A stretch of DNA of 64,000 nucleotides from Actinomycetes bacterium (GCA_031272275.1 JAISUC010000011.1:2290-66289), one strand, 5' to 3'; shown: positions 9,888 through 19,804, numbered from the stretch's first letter. A program made the numbers and translations. The notes: generated from the sequence alone by a model not told the origin.

Positions 9888-11570
9888 TTAGGGGGATTCA
9901 AGCATACCGTTGCGAAACGCTTATCTGGCTTATCCGGCCGGTTCGCGGGCGTGGTGGCGCGATTGGACCGCGGTGGCGTCGGGGCATTCGGCGCACTGTG
10001 GGTCGTGCTGGCTTGCGTGCGCGTGCCATACCTGGTCGCGCTGTGGCCGGGGGTGCTGAGCTTTGATTCAATCGAACAGTTGCAGCAGGTGGTCGGTGCC
10101 GTTGCGCTGAAAAACCACCATCCGGTGGCGCACACGCTGGTGGTGTCGGCGTGGGTGCACCTGGCGCAGGTGTTCGGAGGGGGAGTCGGTGCCGGCGTCG
10201 GGTTGTATTCGGTGTTTCAGCTGCTGGCGCTGACGGGGGTGTTTGCCTATGCGCTGGTCCGGTTGCGCGCATGGGGGATGCGCGGCTGGGCTTGGTGGGT
10301 GGCGGTCGCGTTTTTTGCGGTATATGACGTGCACGGGTACTATGCCGTCACGATGTGGAAAGATGTGTTGTTTTCGGCCGCGGTGTTGCTGAGCACGGTG
10401 GCTTTGGTTGATGTGCTGGGGGCGCGAGCTGCCCGTCAAGCCCGTCGGACGGCCGTGCTGAGTTGGGTGCTGTTGATCGTCGGAGCGTTGGGAACGTTGC
10501 TGCTGCGCAACAACGGGCTGTACGTGGTCGTGTTGACCGGTGTGGCCTGCGTTGCGTTCGGGCGCGGGCGGCGCGGGGCGTTTCTGGGACTGCTGGTGGG
10601 ACTGTTGGTGGTGCACGTGGTGTGGACCGGGCCGGTATTTCGGGCGCTGGGGGTCGAGGCGGGCTCGAGCCGCGAGGCGCTGTCGGTACCGCTGCAGCAG
10701 CTGGCGCGGGTGTGCCGGGATAAGCCGCAGGCGCTGAGTGATGAGGCGCAGACGGTGTTGTACGAGCTGCTGGAGCGCACGCCCGAACAGATTGCCGCCG
10801 ACTATGACCCGCTGTTGGCAAACCCGGTCAAAGATACCTTTGACGATGCCTGGTTTGCACAGCATAAGGGTGAGTTTCTGCGCGTGTGGCTGGAAACCGG
10901 ACGCGCGGCGCCCGGGGTGTATGTGGCCTCGTTTTTGCAGGGGAACTATGGGTATTGGTGGCCGTTTACGCGCTATTGGGTGACCAGTGATCGCATCTAT
11001 CCGAATGATTTAGGTGTCACGGAACGCCCGCGCGGCTGGGTCGCGCCCACACCCGCGGAGCTGTACCGGACCAAGACGGTCCCGCAGCGCCAACCGGGGG
11101 GGTGGGCGATGCTGAACCCGCGCAACATGCCGGTGGTGCAGCTGATCTATCATCCGGGGACGGCGTTTTGGGTGCTGTTGTGTGCCGCGTGTGTGCCGGT
11201 GGTGCGTGCCTGGCGGGTAGTGCGGGTGCGGGGGACACGCGGGTGTGGTCCTGTGGAGTCGGCGGGACGTACTCCCCCGCGTATGTCGCTGCAGCTGCTG
11301 TTGGCGTGGATGCCGTGCGCGACCTTGTGGTTGACCTGTTTGGCAGGTCCCGTGTTTGACGAGTACCGCTATGTGTATGCGCTGTTTTTGTGTGCGCCGG
11401 TGCTGCTGTCCGCGGGGTCACAGATGCGCGTCAAGGACCGGAGCGAAGAGCCTGATTGCAAACACGACGAAAGAACCGCCCCAAGACCAATTGACTCGGG
11501 GCGGTTCTTCAATTACCGGGGCGCAGTCGAAAGCCTACGCGGCAGTCGTATGCGACGGATCCGGGTTTAG
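9885..11570 (+). CDS. DUF6020-like multi-pass membrane protein (GT-C-like)
   Basis: WPGVLSFDSIEQ, NHHPVAHTL, TMWKDVLFS, LLRNNG, REALSVPLQQLAR, EYRYVYALF. Confidence 0.75.
   Translation: MLGGFKHTVAKRLSGLSGRFAGVVARLDRGGVGAFGALWVVLACVRVPYLVALWPGVLSFDSIEQLQQVVGAVALKNHHPVAHTLVVSAWVHLAQVFGGGVGAGVGLYSVFQLLALTGVFAYALVRLRAWGMRGWAWWVAVAFFAVYDVHGYYAVTMWKDVLFSAAVLLSTVALVDVLGARAARQARRTAVLSWVLLIVGALGTLLLRNNGLYVVVLTGVACVAFGRGRRGAFLGLLVGLLVVHVVWTGPVFRALGVEAGSSREALSVPLQQLARVCRDKPQALSDEAQTVLYELLERTPEQIAADYDPLLANPVKDTFDDAWFAQHKGEFLRVWLETGRAAPGVYVASFLQGNYGYWWPFTRYWVTSDRIYPNDLGVTERPRGWVAPTPAELYRTKTVPQRQPGGWAMLNPRNMPVVQLIYHPGTAFWVLLCAACVPVVRAWRVVRVRGTRGCGPVESAGRTPPRMSLQLLLAWMPCATLWLTCLAGPVFDEYRYVYALFLCAPVLLSAGSQMRVKDRSEEPDCKHDERTAPRPIDSGRFFNYRGAVESLRGSRMRRIRV
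11471..11509. terminator. Probable intrinsic terminator for the C69 peptidase gene (possibly bidirectional)
   Basis: AAGAACCGCCCC...GGGGCGGTTCTT inverted repeat ~60 nt beyond the minus-strand stop at 11567. Confidence 0.55.
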
Positions 11571-13702
11571 AGCTTGGCAACCTGTTCCTTGCGCTTCAGC
11601 AGGAAGTAGGAACCTGCCAGAGCCGTTGCAATCGCGATCGAGAACAGCACGACGGGCATGACGGTGGTCTCGCCGGTGTCAGCCAGGTTGCTGGTCTTGG
11701 TCGGGGTCGGGGCATTTGCGGTGCCCGCCGGTGTCGTCGGAGTGGTGTTCGTCGGAGTCGTCGGTGCCGGCTCGTCGGCGAGAACGGTGAAATCATACTC
11801 CAAGGGTTTACCGGCATTGTCGGCCTTATCCACAGCCCAATACTTCAGGGTGTAATCCCCTGCGGGCAGACCCGCACCCTTGCCGACGGTGAACGCCCCG
11901 TTGTACGTGTACGTGGTGTTCAGGGCTGCAAAGGCCTTGACGCCATCCGCGCGCACGGGGGTCTTGGTGAACTCATAGTAGATCTTGTCCACGCCACTGC
12001 CGGCAACGCCATCGTCAGCGGTGAAGGTCACCGAAACATCGTCTTTGGAAATCGGGGTAACCTTGATGACGGTTTCGGGACCCGCGCTGTCGACTGCGGC
12101 AAAGCTGTAATCAGGGGCGGCCAACACCAGTTCGGGCGACGGAATAAAGACGGCGCCGGGGTTCGTGGCCAGCCAATCCTGCATCTCTTCCAGCAGCAGC
12201 TCACCATACTCGTAAGCCTGCTTGCTGATTTCACTGTACAGCTCGGTTGCCTTGACACTGGCAAGCTCAGGATCGGCGGCATAGACCTTCTTCATCTGGG
12301 TATCGATATCGGCCTGTGCGGCAATCAGCTTCTTTTGATAGGACTCCAACAGACCGGACACGGCCTCTTCCAACACGGCGCGCTTGTGGTTGGTCCAACC
12401 GAGTGCCTGTGAGCTGCAGATGGTGATATAGACCTCACGCCAGAGCCAGCTGAAGTTCGCCAGGTCGCGGTTGTTATACGTGGTGTCACCCACCTGATAG
12501 GCCTCATAGGTATCTGTGATCAACGCGCCATAGGACGGCAGGTACAGTGCGAACTCGGACGGGGACTGTGTCAGCCACTGCACGGTCGCCAGTTCATCGG
12601 GATACCCGGGACGAATCTGGAAGATATGGGCATCCAAGTTTGCGGCCATACCGATGGCAGTGCTGTTGCTGGTCGGGTTCTCGACATACTTACCGGCTGC
12701 AACATCGTCCTTATTTCCGTGATACGACAGCAAGCGCATTGCCTCGTACAGCGAGTAGTTCTTTGCGGGGCGCGGATCGATGAAGTAGGGATACCAGGTC
12801 TGCGTGGCCAGTTGACTGGCTGCTGCAGCACCCAGCAGGTAATAGTAGCCCAGATACATACGCCCGTTAATGCTGGTACCGTTGGTAGCCGCCATATAGG
12901 TCTCGGCTGCCTTGAGATTGCCATTGGCGTCAGTCACCAAGAAGTTATGTGCCTGCGCATAACTCACCAAATCGGGGGATGCCACAACGTTTGCGGTATC
13001 GGTCACGTCAACTGCACCGATCATGCCGATGTTCGGCGAGAAACCGATTTGATTTGCGGGGGCCTTGACCGCCAGATACTGGTGACCGGTATAGAACTCC
13101 ATATACCAGGTCTCGTTCGCATCACTGATGGTGACGCCGTTGCGCTCGGCAGATCCGACATTATCGACGATCTCAGCCAAAAACTCGACACCCTCGCGTG
13201 CGGTTGCGGCCTTCATCAGGACCATGGAGGGAATATTGAGCTCGGTCAAACCACCGCTTGAAGCCATCGGATCCCAAGTACGGGTCGTTCCACCGGTGAC
13301 GGAACGATTCGAGTTCAGGGTCACCGTCGCGGTCACCGCAACACCCTTTTCGTTCATGCCGGCGGCGCCATAGTTGGCGTTATCCGTGTTGGTCTCTCCG
13401 TAGTTGTTGTACATATCCGGAGTGACTTCATAGCGATACGTGCTTGCGGGATAGGGGTAGGTGAAACCGTCGTTTGAAACGAACATGTCCCCCGGGTCAT
13501 GCTCGGCTGCAGGCACCACGATGTGCAGCTTGCCTTTGGTCGCGCTGATGTCTTCGTTACGACCATACAGGGTCGAGCCGTCATCAGTGGTGCCACTGCC
13601 CATGTAAAAGCCCGTACAGGCCAGTGCCTGTGCCGCCGGTCCCAGCACCAGAACCACGGCAAGCAAGGCTGCCACCAATACTTTCAACTGTCTCTTCTTC
13701 AT
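11567..13702 (-). CDS. Secreted, wall-anchored C69-family (Ntn) dipeptidase/aminopeptidase
   Basis: Signal peptide ending ALA followed by nucleophile CTGFYMG; YGRNED, AGMNEKGVAVTAT; C-terminal LADTG + TM + KRK. Confidence 0.88.
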   Translation of the reverse strand: MKKRQLKVLVAALLAVVLVLGPAAQALACTGFYMGSGTTDDGSTLYGRNEDISATKGKLHIVVPAAEHDPGDMFVSNDGFTYPYPASTYRYEVTPDMYNNYGETNTDNANYGAAGMNEKGVAVTATVTLNSNRSVTGGTTRTWDPMASSGGLTELNIPSMVLMKAATAREGVEFLAEIVDNVGSAERNGVTISDANETWYMEFYTGHQYLAVKAPANQIGFSPNIGMIGAVDVTDTANVVASPDLVSYAQAHNFLVTDANGNLKAAETYMAATNGTSINGRMYLGYYYLLGAAAASQLATQTWYPYFIDPRPAKNYSLYEAMRLLSYHGNKDDVAAGKYVENPTSNSTAIGMAANLDAHIFQIRPGYPDELATVQWLTQSPSEFALYLPSYGALITDTYEAYQVGDTTYNNRDLANFSWLWREVYITICSSQALGWTNHKRAVLEEAVSGLLESYQKKLIAAQADIDTQMKKVYAADPELASVKATELYSEISKQAYEYGELLLEEMQDWLATNPGAVFIPSPELVLAAPDYSFAAVDSAGPETVIKVTPISKDDVSVTFTADDGVAGSGVDKIYYEFTKTPVRADGVKAFAALNTTYTYNGAFTVGKGAGLPAGDYTLKYWAVDKADNAGKPLEYDFTVLADEPAPTTPTNTTPTTPAGTANAPTPTKTSNLADTGETTVMPVVLFSIAIATALAGSYFLLKRKEQVAKL

Positions 13703-13861
13703 GTGTTGCTCCTCTCGATTGCTTGTGTTTCCGCCACACACATAGTGCAATTGCTTCCTCGGTTGAATAGTGCAAACAACCCCGCAGGGTTACTACCACA
13801 CTTCGATTATGCGGGTATACGGGGCTGTCCGCTAGCGTCGTCGTCGGTTGCGAAACACGAC

Positions 13862-13959
13862 GGTTACTCTATGCAAAAATGATGCATAATTATGCAGAGC
13901 AAGAACTCTCCACCCGCATTGCATATGAACTCCACCACTCATAGTTGCATAATCTGACA
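13862..13959. promoter_or_regulatory. ARG-box-like operator(s) upstream of the C69 peptidase
   Basis: Perfect palindrome TGCATAATTATGCA (13883-13896), half-site 21 bp away, degenerate TGCATAATCTGACA at 13946. Confidence 0.5.
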
Positions 13960-14001
13960 GGAAATAACAGTCGACGCAAGTGGTATTGGAAGAAAAAGAA
14001 A

Positions 14002-14077
14002 TGGTGGAGCTTAGGGGGATCGAACCCCTGACCTCATGGCTGCCAGCCATGCGCTCTCCCAGCTGAGCTAAAGCCCC
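14002..14077 (-). tRNA. tRNA-Ala (GGC)
   Basis: GGGGCTTTAGCTCAGCTGGGAGAGCGCATGGCTGGCAGCCATGAGGTCAGGGGTTCGATCCCCCTAAGCTCCACCA; cloverleaf with encoded CCA. Confidence 0.98.
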
Positions 14078-14112
14078 ACACCATACGAGCATGCGCGATT
14101 TTTGCGCGAGGG

Positions 14113-14721
14113 TCAGTCTAACACAGTGTCCGTTTTGGTTTCAAGTGCTTTCAGCGCAATTGGATAAGCAAATCCGCGTGAAACCATTTTTCGCAGTGCT
14201 TTATCGCGTGATTTTCGGTCCGTGATCTCGATCCGGGCGATACAATCCAGTGCGCGTTGCAGTTCCGCATCCTCGGTCGGCGGCTCGATCCCCTCGATGT
14301 CGATGCCGCGCTGCTGCAGGTCGCGGCGAATGCGGTTCCAGCCGCGCTTCGCGGTAAGCGAGCCGTTGATGAACACCTCGGTGTAGCGCGCATCATCAAT
14401 CAGCCCGACCTCGACAAAACGACCGACGACAGTGTCAATCGCCTTATGCCCGTAGCCGTCTTTGCGCAGTCGGTCCCGTGCCTCGAACTCGGTACGGTCA
14501 CGGGAATTCAGAATGCGCAGCAAGCGATCGCGCGCCTGCTCGAGCTCTGCCGTATCCACTTGTTCGCGCAGCTCGCCGATGCGGGTAAAGGTGGCGCCTT
14601 CTTCCAAGCCCAGAGCTTTCACGACCTCGCGCGCAGTGCGCAGGGTTTCGGTGTTATCGAACACGATAAGACGTGCCCGTCTATCGGGACCCGCCTCTTC
14701 GATGCGTGCAATCGTGACCAT
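14113..14721 (-). CDS. recX: Regulatory protein RecX
   Basis: Directly downstream of recA; RDRTEFEARDRL, GLIDDARY, RIRRDLQQRGI, SRGF. Confidence 0.9.
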   Translation of the reverse strand: MVTIARIEEAGPDRRARLIVFDNTETLRTAREVVKALGLEEGATFTRIGELREQVDTAELEQARDRLLRILNSRDRTEFEARDRLRKDGYGHKAIDTVVGRFVEVGLIDDARYTEVFINGSLTAKRGWNRIRRDLQQRGIDIEGIEPPTEDAELQRALDCIARIEITDRKSRDKALRKMVSRGFAYPIALKALETKTDTVLD

Positions 14722-14745
14722 ACGCAGCTCCCATGCATCACAACG

Positions 14746-14801
14746 ACAGGAACCGGGGACGGATAACAAGCTTTACGGCTTTTTTCCGCCCCGGTTCCTG
14801 T
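14746..14801. repeat. A-tract hairpin element between recA and recX
   Basis: ACAGGAACCGGGG...AAGCTTTACGGCTTTTTT...CCCCGGTTCCTGT. Confidence 0.7.
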
Positions 14802-14865
14802 ACGCTGCAAAGAAACGGTTCCACGTAATAACCCCGCGGCTTTCCGGTTTCAGTCGCCCGAACTG

Positions 14866-15990
14866 TTATGCTTCCGCGTCCGCTTGCCCGCCGGGTTCGA
14901 CGGCAGCAGGCGCCGCAGCTGCAGCCGCAGGCGCAGGCGCAGCGGTCATCCCCAGCTCCGCGCGAACCTTTGCGTCCAGCTCGTCACGCAGTTCGGGATT
15001 GGCACGCAGCGTGTCTTTCGATGCCTCGCGCCCCTGACCCAGGCGCTGCTCGCCATAGGTGTACCAGGCACCGCTGCGCTTGGTGATACCCAGCTCGGTC
15101 GCCATGTCCAAGATGCCGCCCTCTTTGCTGATGCCCTCACCGTACATCAGGTCGAACTCTGCCACCCGAAACGGCGGAGCCACCTTGTTTTTGACGACCT
15201 TTGCCTTGGTGCGGTTCCCGATGATGTCACTCCCCTGTTTGATGGCCTCGCCCCGGCGCACGTCGATACGCACAGTCGAAAAGAACTTCAGCGCGCGACC
15301 ACCGGTCGTGGTCTCGGGGTTGCCGTACATGATGCCGATTTTCTCGCGAATCTGGTTGATGAAGATGCAGGTCGTGTTTGATTTCGACAGCGACCCGGTC
15401 AGCTTTCGCAGCGCCTGACTCATCAAGCGTGCGTGCAAACCGACGCTAACGTCGCCCATCTCACCCTCGATTTCTGCACGCGGCACCAATGCCGCGACGC
15501 TGTCGATGACGACAATGTCGATGGCACCGCTGCGCACCAACATGTCACAGATTTCCAACGCCTGCTCGCCGGTGTCGGGCTGCGAGACCAAGATCTCGTC
15601 GATGTCGACGCCCAGACGCGCCGCGTATGCCGGATCCAGCGCATGTTCGGCGTCGATAAACGCCGCGATGCCTCCGGCAGCCTGTGCCTCTGCGACAATC
15701 GACAAGGCCAGCGTGGTCTTTCCGCTGGATTCCGGCCCGAAGACCTCGATCACGCGCCCACGTGGCACGCCACCCACGCCCAGGGCGGCATCCAGCGCCA
15801 GCGATCCGGTCGGGATGACCTTAATATCCAGGGCTGCGCTGTCGTCGCCGTATTTCATGATGGATCCCTTGCCGAACTTTTTCTCGATCTGCTCGCGCGT
15901 CAAGTTCAGCATTTGCTCTTTGCTTTGTTCCATCACGTTTCCCTTCTGTTCGTATCCGACTTTCGAGCTTGTTCCGGTCTTTTTAGCCAT
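14866..15990 (-). CDS. recA: Recombinase RecA
   Basis: GPESSGKTT Walker [28 protein letters not shown]; alternative start at 15933. Confidence 0.99.
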   Translation of the reverse strand: MAKKTGTSSKVGYEQKGNVMEQSKEQMLNLTREQIEKKFGKGSIMKYGDDSAALDIKVIPTGSLALDAALGVGGVPRGRVIEVFGPESSGKTTLALSIVAEAQAAGGIAAFIDAEHALDPAYAARLGVDIDEILVSQPDTGEQALEICDMLVRSGAIDIVVIDSVAALVPRAEIEGEMGDVSVGLHARLMSQALRKLTGSLSKSNTTCIFINQIREKIGIMYGNPETTTGGRALKFFSTVRIDVRRGEAIKQGSDIIGNRTKAKVVKNKVAPPFRVAEFDLMYGEGISKEGGILDMATELGITKRSGAWYTYGEQRLGQGREASKDTLRANPELRDELDAKVRAELGMTAAPAPAAAAAAPAAVEPGGQADAEA

Positions 15991-16175
15991 GCAACATCCA
16001 ATCCTTACTCCATGATCAAACTACATCATTTGCTCCATCATGTGCTCCATCATTAAACAGTCATTCATGCCGTGCATCCGGTACCATTATCCGTTTCCGG
16101 CATTCCTCCGACATACCGCAGCAGTCATTCCTTACCACACATACTGACACATCATACGGACATCCCATGGACATC

Positions 16176-16204
16176 AGCTTATCGAACACGTGTTTTCGTG
16201 TCAA
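16176..16204 (-). promoter_or_regulatory. recA promoter with LexA (SOS) box in the spacer
   Basis: TTGACA (16204-16199)-N17-TAAGCT (16181-16176); GAAC-ACGT-GTTT at 16184-16195 fits the Gram-positive GAAC-N4-GTTC box with one mismatch. Confidence 0.8.
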
Positions 16205-16374
16205 GCACCTCCGCGCGTGTTACCGAACCGACACATCGCCTGCACCGCATACCCCGGCGGGTACGGGGGTGAACGCGCCGGCGCCGTTTTGTGCCGCTGA
16301 CGCGCACAAAACGCAAGCACGCGCCGTCTCGTACTTACCAGCTCGCGGGACGACCAAACCCGTCGGCCAACTCG

Positions 16375-16420
16375 CATGGATTGCCGCGGGCTGCACAGAA
16401 CGCAGCCCTCGCAATGACGG
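16375..16420 (-). repeat. Partial CGTC-tagged REP-like element downstream of glpK
   Basis: GCATGGATTGCCGCGGGCTGC..GCAGCCCTCGCAATGACGG. Confidence 0.7.
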
Positions 16421-16529
16421 CGTATGATGGACAGTCGCCGGTACGACCGGTGTCATTCGGGGCGCCGCATGCGTGCACCACCGAATTGAGCGTACCAGTT
16501 CGGCGGCGCGATTACCATTCACACTTCTG

Positions 16530-18020
16530 TTAATTGTTCGCGGTCAACGTACGGGCGACCGCCGCGTGCCACGCCTCCTTGCGCCGTGCCGCCGCCTGCG
16601 GCGTCATCTGTGGCGTGAACACGCGCTGTACGCGGTGTTGCCGACATAGCAGCGCACGATCGGACCAAACCCCCAGCGCAAGGCCTGCCGCGTACGCCGC
16701 GCCCAGAGCGGTGGTTTCGATGCATTCGGGGCGATGCAGCTCGCAGCCCAACAGGTCCGCCTGAAACTGCATCAGAAAATCATTGGCGGCAGCCCCGCCG
16801 TCAACTCCCATGACACTCAGACGGCGCCCCGATTCGCGGCGCATCAGTTCCAACACGTCGGCGGATTGAAACGCCAGACTTTCCAAGGTCGCGCGCACCA
16901 AGTGGGCAGCGGTTGCGGCCTGGGTGATACCGGTCAACATCCCGCGCGCCTCGCTGTCCCACCAGGGCGCCCCCAGCCCTGTGAAGGCCGGCACCAGATG
17001 CAGGCCTGCGGCGTCATCGACACTGCGGGCGATCGCGTCGGTGTCTGCCGCTTGCTGAATCAGCCCCAGCCCGTCGCGCAGCCATTTGATCGCGCTGCCT
17101 GCGGTAAAGACGCTGCCCTCCAGCGCGTAATGCGTCACGGTGTCATCGGACCAGGCGATTGTCGTCAGCAGACCGCCGTCGGATTCGACGCAGGTCGTGC
17201 CGGTGTTCATCAGCAGAAAACAACCCGTCCCGTAGGTGTTTTTGACCGCACCGGCGTCAAAGGCGCATTGCCCGAACAGGGCGGCCTGCTGGTCGCCCAT
17301 TACCGCGACAATGGGGAGAGCGTCGCCCACCCGCGCCGAATCGGTCGTGGCGATAAGCCCGGACGGATGAGTGACCTGCGGCAACAGCGAGCGGTCGATG
17401 TCGAACAGCGCCAGCAGTTCGTCGTCCCATTTCAGCGTGTGAATGTTAAAAAGCATCGTGCGCGAGGCGTTGGTGGTGTCGGTCACGTGCACGCGCCCTG
17501 CCGTCAGATTCCAGATAAGCCAGGTGTCCACAGTCCCGAAGGCCAACTGGCCTGCAGCGGCGCGCCTGCGGGCATCGGGGATGTGATCCAGCAGCCACGC
17601 CAGTTTGCTCGCGCTGAAATAGGCATCAGGGATAAGACCGGTTTTCCGGCGGATGGTCGCAGCCAGTCCGCGTTCGACCAGATCGGTGATATAGTCTGCC
17701 GAGCGACGACACTGCCAGACGATTGCCGGAGCCACCGGCCGTCCGGTCGCGCGATCCCAGAGAATGGTGGTTTCACGCTGATTGGCAATCGCGATACCCG
17801 ACAGATCGGACGCGGTCAATCCGGCGCGCGCCAAGGCCTCGGTCAGGCAGGCGATTTGTGTCGACCAGATTTCGTCTGCCGACTGTTCCACCCAACCGTC
17901 CGCAGGAAAGAAACGCTGCAGCTCGCGCTGTGCAGATGCCACGGGCCGCGCATCCGCGTCGAAAATGATCACCCGTGACGATGTCGTTCCCTGGTCGAGC
18001 GTCGCGATATGAGCGCTCAC
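16530..18020 (-). CDS. glpK: Glycerol kinase
   Basis: LDQGTTSSR, ANQRET, IVWQCRR, GDQQAALFGQ, KNTYGTGCF, VDGGAAANDFLMQFQAD. Confidence 0.97.
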   Translation of the reverse strand: MSAHIATLDQGTTSSRVIIFDADARPVASAQRELQRFFPADGWVEQSADEIWSTQIACLTEALARAGLTASDLSGIAIANQRETTILWDRATGRPVAPAIVWQCRRSADYITDLVERGLAATIRRKTGLIPDAYFSASKLAWLLDHIPDARRRAAAGQLAFGTVDTWLIWNLTAGRVHVTDTTNASRTMLFNIHTLKWDDELLALFDIDRSLLPQVTHPSGLIATTDSARVGDALPIVAVMGDQQAALFGQCAFDAGAVKNTYGTGCFLLMNTGTTCVESDGGLLTTIAWSDDTVTHYALEGSVFTAGSAIKWLRDGLGLIQQAADTDAIARSVDDAAGLHLVPAFTGLGAPWWDSEARGMLTGITQAATAAHLVRATLESLAFQSADVLELMRRESGRRLSVMGVDGGAAANDFLMQFQADLLGCELHRPECIETTALGAAYAAGLALGVWSDRALLCRQHRVQRVFTPQMTPQAAARRKEAWHAAVARTLTANN

Positions 18021-18042
18021 AGCATCTCCTTAGTCAAAGCGT

Positions 18043-18090
18043 ACGCGCTGAGTCCACAAAAAAGCTGCAAGGCCTTTTGGCTTGGCGCGT
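18043..18090. repeat. A-tract hairpin element (reverse orientation)
   Basis: ACGCGC..AAAAAAGCTGCAAGGCCTTTT..GCGCGT. Confidence 0.55.
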
Positions 18091-18128
18091 CCGGTGCCAA
18101 TTGCGGGAATCGAACCCAAATCAAGCCA

Positions 18129-19136
18129 TTATCGGTCGTCTGTGATACGGGCATTCATCCAGTTCAGGATGTCTGCCATCACGTCCAGGCGGTTGGTTTC
18201 ATTCAGGATCTCGTGGCGAGCCTCGGGATAGAGCTCGCAGGTCACGTCCGTGACCCCGGCCGCACGATAGGCGTCGGCCACCGCGCGCACGCCGGCACCG
18301 TTGCCCCCCACCGGATCACGCGCACCCGAGATAATCAGCAGCGGCAAATCGGTTGGCGTGGTGCTATAGGCTGACGGCGCATTCGCGCGCTGAAAGACAT
18401 CGATCAACACCCGGTTGGCAGCGAGCGAAAACGTCCCGCCGCAGCGGGGGTCTGCAATATAGGCGTCGACCTGTGCGTCGTCGCGCGACAGCCAGTCGAA
18501 TTCCGTACGCGCCCCGCCGGCTGCTTTTTCGAAGGCTCCGTTATACGAACCCAGCGTCAGCTTCTTGAAAAACGGGCTGTGATAGTCCGGTTTGTGAAAC
18601 AGGCCGAGCAAACCCAATACGACCTTGGCAGCCCCCACCTGTCCTGCAGGAACGGTCCCGGTGCCACAGATAATGGCGCCACCAAGACCTGCGCCGTGCT
18701 GTGCCAAATAGGCGCGCAGCACAAACGAACCCATCGAGTGCCCGAACATGAAGTACGGCACATCCGGCCAGGTCTGTTGCGTGCGATGACGCAAGGTATC
18801 CATGTCGCGCAGCAACACGTTACCGCCGTCTGCCAATAGACGTCCGGTATGACCCAGCTGCAGGGCATCCGGGGCGCTGTCGCCGTGCCCGATGAAATCC
18901 ATGCCGACCACCAGAAAGCCGCTGTTGGTGGCGGCGCGGGCGAATGCCTCGTAGCGGTCGATGTATTCGACCATCCCGTGGTTCAGTTGCAGGATGGCGC
19001 GCGGCGGGGTGCCGTCGCTGAAAGTGGATGCGGGTTGCCATGTTTTGACGGAAATCGTCGCATAGTCGATGTCGCCCTCATAACGGGCTGCTGACGGAAA
19101 ACCGGAGAGCGTCTTGTTGACACCGGGTTCAGACAT
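18129..19136 (-). CDS. Alpha/beta hydrolase (lysophospholipase / monoacylglycerol lipase-like)
   Basis: HGMVEY, DFIGHG, GHSMGS nucleophile elbow, DPVG, RHEILNE; upstream of glpK. Confidence 0.9.
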   Translation of the reverse strand: MSEPGVNKTLSGFPSAARYEGDIDYATISVKTWQPASTFSDGTPPRAILQLNHGMVEYIDRYEAFARAATNSGFLVVGMDFIGHGDSAPDALQLGHTGRLLADGGNVLLRDMDTLRHRTQQTWPDVPYFMFGHSMGSFVLRAYLAQHGAGLGGAIICGTGTVPAGQVGAAKVVLGLLGLFHKPDYHSPFFKKLTLGSYNGAFEKAAGGARTEFDWLSRDDAQVDAYIADPRCGGTFSLAANRVLIDVFQRANAPSAYSTTPTDLPLLIISGARDPVGGNGAGVRAVADAYRAAGVTDVTCELYPEARHEILNETNRLDVMADILNWMNARITDDR

Positions 19137-19199
19137 ATTACTCCACCATCCTATAGCCGTAGTGAGCTGCGGGCGCGCGGATTCAAGGTGCCGGGCGAC

Positions 19200-19804
19200 C
19201 TAACGGACACCGATGTCGGGGCCGCCGTCCAGTGACAGCTTCCAAATCAGCACGTCGCCGTCGGCGAGCTCGAATTCGTTGAAGGGTACGTCGGGATAGA
19301 CGTCGTTTACCTGGTAAAACCAGCGTCCTGTCGCGCCCTCGATCGTGCCGGAAAGGCCGGCCAGCGAGGTCAGCGTCCCGTCCCCGGTTTCGTAAAACAG
19401 CCCCGCGCCGTCCAGCGCGTCCTGCACGGTCGAGCCTGCGGGCAGCGTGAGTTCGGTCGGTTCCAGCATCACGCCGTCGACCGCAAACTGTTTGACGCGG
19501 TCGGGGTCTGCTTTCTGCATCGTTTTACATTCCACGCTGAGGCTTACGGTAATCGGTTCAGCCGTGTCGTTCGTATCGGCCTCGGGAGGTCGGCGGCATC
19601 GGCGACCGTGTTTTGCGTGTCCGTTGTTTGGATGTCAGTGGTGTCAGTTGATTTTGCGCAGGCGGTCCACATACCTGCGGCACCGGCCAGCAGGCATATC
19701 AGAACGACCGCCGTCAGCACCGGGCGCCATCGCACGGTGGTGCGCACAGATTCATTGCACGTGGCAGCAGTTTTCCTCAGTCGCCCGTCACGCATAAACG
19801 TCAT
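19200..19804 (-). pseudogene. DUF4430-like lipoprotein split by an apparent 1-nt frameshift near 19585
   Basis: 5' ORF has a lipoprotein signal (...GMWTAC); shifted frame continues PEADTNDTAEPITVSLSVECKT...TVQDAL...GRWFYQVND. Confidence 0.6.

Noticed and set aside
11400-14002. Integrative element at the tRNA-Ala 3' end
   Set aside because: No integrase and no duplicated tRNA 3' sequence found by eye; only a compositional hint
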